The position numbers and the translations under genes were made by a program. From contig NC_087245.1 in the NCBI RefSeq assembly GCF_037042905.1, forward strand, positions 39,928,001 to 39,992,000: a stretch of DNA of 64,000 nucleotides, read 5' to 3'. Source of the stretch: Lytechinus pictus (lineage: Eukaryota). The notes beneath the pieces were generated by a model. That model searched no databases. It was not told where the DNA came from and was given only the letters and a program-made list of their open reading frames with translations. Below are positions 57,711 through 64,000 of this stretch, piece after piece. Each line of letters opens with the position of its first letter. The first letter of the stretch is position 1.

Positions 57711-59787
57711 AAAATTATGCTAAAAGTTTCTGTGCTTATTTCATGAGCCAATGATGCCAAATCAGAAACAAATGCAAATTCTTTTAAATGGGCCCTTGAT
57801 TTTTAGCAAGTTGAATTCTATTTCCATGAGCCTATCTCTGTGAAAATTGAAGGGGCACCCCCCCCCCCCTCCAGCCTAATTGTTTGGTTGATAAAACTAA
57901 TGTTATTATAATTTGCAAAAAAGACGGTGAAAGCTCCCTGCTTCTCGGAGCACTTTGACTCAATAGTATCTCCCTAAATGTCATCATGTACTACTTCTAT
58001 AAAAATAATAATTGTATTAGCAATTAGCATCACCTCCTTGGCCATTTTAACTTACAATCTTATCTATTTCTTGATTTATTAATAGCAAATGCTCCATGTC
58101 ATTCACTAAATCCCTTATTTTAGTTGTCTCCATAAATTTAGAATTATCCAAAAGTTCCCATATAATTATTTTGCAAAACAAAACCGACATATCCTATTTG
58201 GTATGAGTTAATGCGGAGATATAATGCGTCCACAGGAAAAGATTCCTCATTATTTTAATTCTCATTCTTTTTCGACTTTTAAAGATTATTAGAGCAAGCA
58301 GCATATGCAGGGGGGTATATAGGGGTTCAACCCCCCCCCTTTAATTTTTTTTATACCCACCCCCCCCCCCTAAATTTGTATTTTTAAAGGGGAAGTCCAT
58401 CTGAACAAAAAAAAAATGATTTGAATAAAAATAAACAGTAAATTAGGTATAAAATAAGAAAGTTATGACTTTTCATACATTCATTTGATTTCACACAATG
58501 TGTTTTTAGTTCAAAGGGAACTTACATGACATCAACCATTCACTATTTCTTTCATTAGATATTACATAATTACATATATGTTTTTATATTTTATTTCTCA
58601 TTATACTAGTACATGTATGTAAAACAAATTTTGATTGGTATTGAGCTCCCTGATCATCATATACGATATAATTGCCATTATTGTAAATTATTGGGATTTG
58701 GCCAAGTTTAATTATTGTAAAATCTGCAAAAATAATTCAAACAATAATTATTTAACACGAGATAAACAGTGGATGACATTACCAAATTTATCATCTGCAG
58801 ATCACAATAATTATTGTACACTAGTGTTTTGTGAAAAATAAACATATCTTTTCCACTTCAAAACTTTTTTTTTTTTCTTAAGATTTTGAAGAAAATTTCC
58901 AGTTGTGAAGGTTTGGTATTTGATTTCTCTTCATACTATTCAAATCAGAATTTTTTTTATGGGATGGGGTGGACTGTTTTTGAAAAGTTCAGCAATGGAA
59001 GTTCATCTTCACCCAAATATCATTTTACATCTTACTCTTCTCAATTTTAAAATACCAACTTGTTTATGCCTTTTATTATTTTCTTCTTCTCCATTTCTCT
59101 TCAGTTTCTTCCCATCTCTCTCTTCCATTCTTTCATTTTTCTTTTTTTAAAATCATTTCTCATAAGCAACTCTACCAAATATTTAATATATAAAAATACA
59201 CAAATATGTTTAAATGTTATATTCTGACAAACTTCCTCCTCATCCTTTTCATGTCTCAAAACATTTATTGGGTATTTTCCTTGATCATTTCCTAAAACGT
59301 ATTTATTCATCCTTTTCCATTTTTTTTGCCTACAGTTAGATCTTATTCAACTTCCTCTGCATATCTTTCTCTCCCTATCCCTTCTATCTCCACCCACCCC
59401 CTCTCTCTCTTACAGATATACACACACTTTTCACCCTCAAATACCATCTTACTCATTTCTTCTTCAAATGAATAATAAAGTCTTCCCTTTTTCCACTTAA
59501 GGGTACTTCAGGCCGTAAGCAATATGATTCAAATTAAGAACAGAGTAAAATGAAAAAAAAAGATCACTTAAATTTAATCAGTTAGAGGAAAACAGTTGTT
59601 GCAATATTTGGTGAACGGTGATTGCATGCAGTCATGAATATCTATTTGACATTGAAAAGGGTGGTTATGTCATGTCCCCACTTTCATTTTGCTTATTTCA
59701 TCAAACACAATCTTTTATAAAAATGTCCAGTGTTTTGCTCTTCTCTCTCTCTCTTCTAATCCATTTATCAAAATAATATTTGAGGCC

Positions 59788-60476
59788 TGGGCCCCGTCTT
59801 ACAAAGAGTTACGATCGATCCGATCAACCACAACTATGGAAAGCCAGCAACGTCAACATCTAAACTGCATGTTTGTTCAAAATATTTTCCAGATATGATG
59901 TATATTTATATATAGATTCATTGTTCTCTTGAAAATTCAGTGTGCTTCTCTTTATTTACAAAGGAGATTGTGCAAATTTCCTGTAGTAGTAATTATGACA
60001 TTGATGCAGGGTGCTACATAAGCACTTGCCCGATTGCCCGGGGCAAGTAAAAGTTAGAGTTGGGCAAGTGTTTTGAAGTAAAGACCAAAACTACTTGCCC
60101 AAATTGGGAAAGCAAAATTCTCACAGTAGATTGACCAAAATTAGGGTCTATATGATATATTGACCCCAGTTTTGGTCATGGCAGGCAAGATAAATACACT
60201 CAATCAAAAGAAATGCAATAACAAAGTAGATCTGTCAAAAGAGAGAAAAAGGTGAATGGTTTATAAAACCACAAAACTTTCTTTTGAAGAGGTAACACTT
60301 TTTTTTTCAATGATTTTTTTCAGGCAAGTGAAAGAGAATTTTGGGCAAGTATATTCCAACTATTTAAAAATTTACTTAAGTACTTCTAAAAAGTTATGTA
60401 GCACCCTGCATTGATGGATTTCCATATAGCTGAGGTTGATCGGATCAATCGTAACTCTTTATAAGAAGGGGACCCT
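59788..60476. mobile_element. GGGCCCC-family MITE interrupted by a hAT-like MITE
   Basis: Family TIRs at both ends. Confidence 0.7.
60007..60408. mobile_element. hAT-like MITE
   Basis: CAGGGTGCTACATAA / TTATGTAGCACCCTG; 8-bp TSD CATTGATG. Confidence 0.85.
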
Positions 60477-63400
60477 GGAGTATCTCTCATTATCTCTTCA
60501 TTCTAATCCAAAGTGTTTTCTTAAAAAAAAACACCATACACCAAACTCAGTTACGATTTCAATCTTGAGTGTTTTGAATTTCACATTTCCTAATTTATTA
60601 CAAAAATTATAAGAATACAACATCTGTGTCATAATAGAGAGACAGTAGATAAAGAGGCGATGCAATATTGATCTGAAAAAAAAGAGTGGAAGTCACATAA
60701 CATTCTCATCAAAGAAACACACACAATACATTTCCAAACAAAAATAACATTGCCTCTGTATTTTCTCAATATAAATATTATTGTAAGGTCTTTATTCCTG
60801 TCATACAAATACAATCTTTGAATTTCATTAAGTAGTAATTTCCAATAAAAATAACCAACTGCTTGGTAGATAGTTTATCCAATATTTTTGCTTTGTATAA
60901 AATAAAAAAGAAGTTAATCTGCCAACAATGAGGACAACACAATGAAAAAAAATATTGCACATGCCCTAAAATAATGGGAAGACAGGCATCCAAGTCTCCT
61001 AAAAAATGTATTAATTTTCTTGGTTTTGAATTATCAGTTGATTTTATTTTCAGATCATTTAACTCCACTTCCACAAGAACCCACCTTGTGATCTTTTTTT
61101 TTAAATGTGCTTGTGGCGAGCATCTGCATTCACAGAGCAGAGGTGGAGTTGGGGTGGCCACACCCTTCAAGACAACCGGGGGGGGCTTTCTTCGAAAGGG
61201 GGGGTTGAGGGCCAGGAGTAATAAACACACCCTTTTGAGACAGCAGGGGAGGGGGATGCTCTTCTGGCTATATTGAGTATTTTCTGAACCAGCTGTGTTT
61301 TAATGAAAATTATGTATCCATTAATGATAAAGCAATAGAGGAAAGCTTGCATTTTTGTTGATTTGTAGTAAATTGCATCATTAACACTTTACAATTCTAG
61401 AACCCCCCCCCCACACAAAATTTCTCAGGTTTTAGTCTTGGAGCCTGTTTCACAAAAGACCTCTAATTACAGAAACTACCAAAGGGCTCAGCAGCCAATC
61501 ACAATCAAGGTTTCCATAGTAGTTACCATCATTGTAAAGTTTCTATGATTGCAAGTCTTTGTGAAAAGGGACTCCCAGATTTCATCATCTCACAAGGTTT
61601 GGTTATACTTAGCCAATGTAAAAATTATAATGGTATGATAACTGTTTTGAACTTGACTTTCTCTTGAACTTTTGGCTCACTGCACCTGCTCGATGTTGGC
61701 TTCAACTTGCCCTCCTTTCTTATTTCTTCGACCACCAATCACCACCTACAGCCCCTTTAAGGACAATTGCTTAACAACTGTGTGGGCTGACTGTACCAGC
61801 AATCATTGACAAGCATACAAGACGGAACACAGGAAGCGCTAATTACCACCACTCGGTGAGGCATGTTCTTACTGGCCTGGCCGTAACCCAATTTAACGTT
61901 TTCCAACAAACCCACCCATCCCCCCTCCTAAAATGAACCCACCTCCAATATTCTATGAAATACATGTACGTTCAATATTGTTTGGGTTTGACGCTTTTAC
62001 ATGTGCCATTGCTGGCCTGGTCATACATGTAACCCCCCAAATTCACCTCAATCAACTTTTCTCAAACCTCCAGGCTCCAATAAAATACTTTGAATCATGT
62101 GGATTACATGTACCACATGTACTACATGAATCCAAAACAAACCCACCCAAAAAAAATAAAAATAAAATAAAAAATAAATAAATAAAACTTGAGATTCTAC
62201 AGTTGGAATAGTTAAAGCATATCACTTAGTATTAAAGATAAGATGCTTTGTACTTTTATGCTGCTTGAGCCTAATAACCAGACATTTGTATACAACTAGT
62301 GAAACCTTCCCAGTACTAAGCATATCTATATCAATAGGAAGGGACACGGTGCCAGGAGCTCGTTCAGATTCAAAGAAAACAACAAAAGTTTGCTTTTATG
62401 GGATATAAGGTGAAACATGATGCAGAGGTGCATGACATTCTGATTGTAGCCCTGACTGGACAAAATAAAAAAGCAGTGGAATGATATAAAGTAATAGCCA
62501 AAAAGAAATGAAAAAAAAAGCTGCAACTGTGGACAAATATCCTACATTCAGTAGTGTATGAAATACTTGTGAACTTTAGACAGACATGATAGAGACTGCA
62601 TAAAAAAAAGTCCCCCTCCCACCCGGAACTATAATTAGTGATCACTTGTTGACCAAAGATATATAAGATGCATACTTTAGAGTGAGAAATACATGTAAAT
62701 TCTTGTGTTTTGATTCATCAATATATCTGACAAGTGTTGGAAACCATATTAGAGTGCCAAGTTAAAAAAAAATCTATCTAGAAATTCAATTGAAAATAAG
62801 GCACAAAAATGTTTACAAACTTTTGACGGACATTCTTTTTTGTCACACATTATCATAGTACTCACTTGAATTTATAAATCTAAATCACCATTTTACTACA
62901 AATATAAAAGCTCATTAACCATCCAAAACAGTTTGGGGACATCAGTGATATGGGAGGGGGAAAAAACAATGAAATTCCCGCCAAAACCCCCCAATAAACT
63001 AAAGAGTAAGCCAAAACTTCTGAGGATTAGCGATCCCTGGAGTGCCATTAATATTTCACACCTTTTATCTGATGTTATGAAACTTAAGGGCGGTGTAGAT
63101 ATTGTTTGTATTCTCTTTCCAAGCATGATTCCATGTGTCACATCAAGAACTGAATAAACAAATTAACGGTATTCAACTACAAAAATACAGTTTCATGTAC
63201 ATGTAGGTGGCCTGTAAAATATGACTTTATATCATCATGAAGGGCTTGACATTAGCAGTGGCCCGGGGCAACATAAATTGAGAGTTGGGCCACCAAAATT
63301 CTGTAAAAGTCCAGACTTGGTGTCCCAGTCGGGCTACAAAGTTTTGATAAATTGTAATGTTTTCTTTAATTTTAGGGCCACCAAATTTGCTTTGCAGGCC

Positions 63401-64000
63401 ATCAAAAATATGAAATTGATGATTTGTGACCAAGAAAAAAAGTTAGTGTTGAGCCTTGCATTATAAATTCCCTATTCCACTCAAATTACTTAAAACCATA
63501 TAATCAAATCAATTTGTTAATGCTCATCAAATTGGCAACAATCAAACAAAATTGTGACAAATAATTGCCAATTGGCATTCTAAATAGGCCTAATCACGCG
63601 AATGACTTTGTTGTTGTCATTGCATTGCAAATTTAGAGTGTCTAATGTGTCCTTTGCATTTCATCAGGATTCTTGTCCAAATTATTCTTGCAAGTTGTAA
63701 AATTACATAAAACCCAATATTTTATTTCACAATTGATACACATTATTGTCAAAAACATAATAATTTTTGGACATACTGGTACACATTCATATATAAAGAA
63801 AATGCAGAAATAGGAGTAGCGAGTCTAGCAACCAAGATATTTGGGGTGAATTAACCACATAATTAAAAGAGCTTACCTGTAATAAATGTCACTGTGTACT
63901 TGAAACAAGTGAAGGTCTTTCTCTTTGTCCTTATTCAATTTTGAAAATCTAAATTAAAATGTATTCTGAAAATTAAATGCTTATCTATTAGAAAGCAGCA

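Overview
AT-rich, repeat-dense animal DNA; the repeat style suggests a sea urchin or other echinoderm (inference only). The main feature is one minus-strand gene, a DIDO1/PHF3/PPS-family chromatin and transcription-elongation factor. I assembled it by hand into 17 phase-consistent GT-AG coding exons (39962 to 7907, about 2315 aa) encoding PHD, a Cys-rich DIDO motif, BRK, TFIIS-M, SPOC and a Pro- and RD-rich tail. A probable non-coding first exon and promoter lie near 57.5-57.7 kb. The intron after the PHD-completing exon holds a very young BEL/Pao LTR retrotransposon (570-bp LTRs, ATCTC TSD) whose integrase is broken by a 4-bp duplication; it sits in a minisatellite inside a Helentron-like repeat. 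About 14.5 kb of the 17.5-kb putative first intron comes from three TSD-flanked non-autonomous DNA transposons (Tc1/mariner-like 7.3 kb, MULE-like 6.7 kb with a nested 3.4-kb hAT-like element, and a 0.56-kb hAT-like MITE). The most notable observations are a cryptic, phase-matched duplicate exon that could be mutually exclusive with the DIDO zinc-motif exon, four duplicated decoy splice acceptors ahead of the PHD exon, and an apparent spliceosomal intron inside the LTR. I found no clearly novel multi-gene system.
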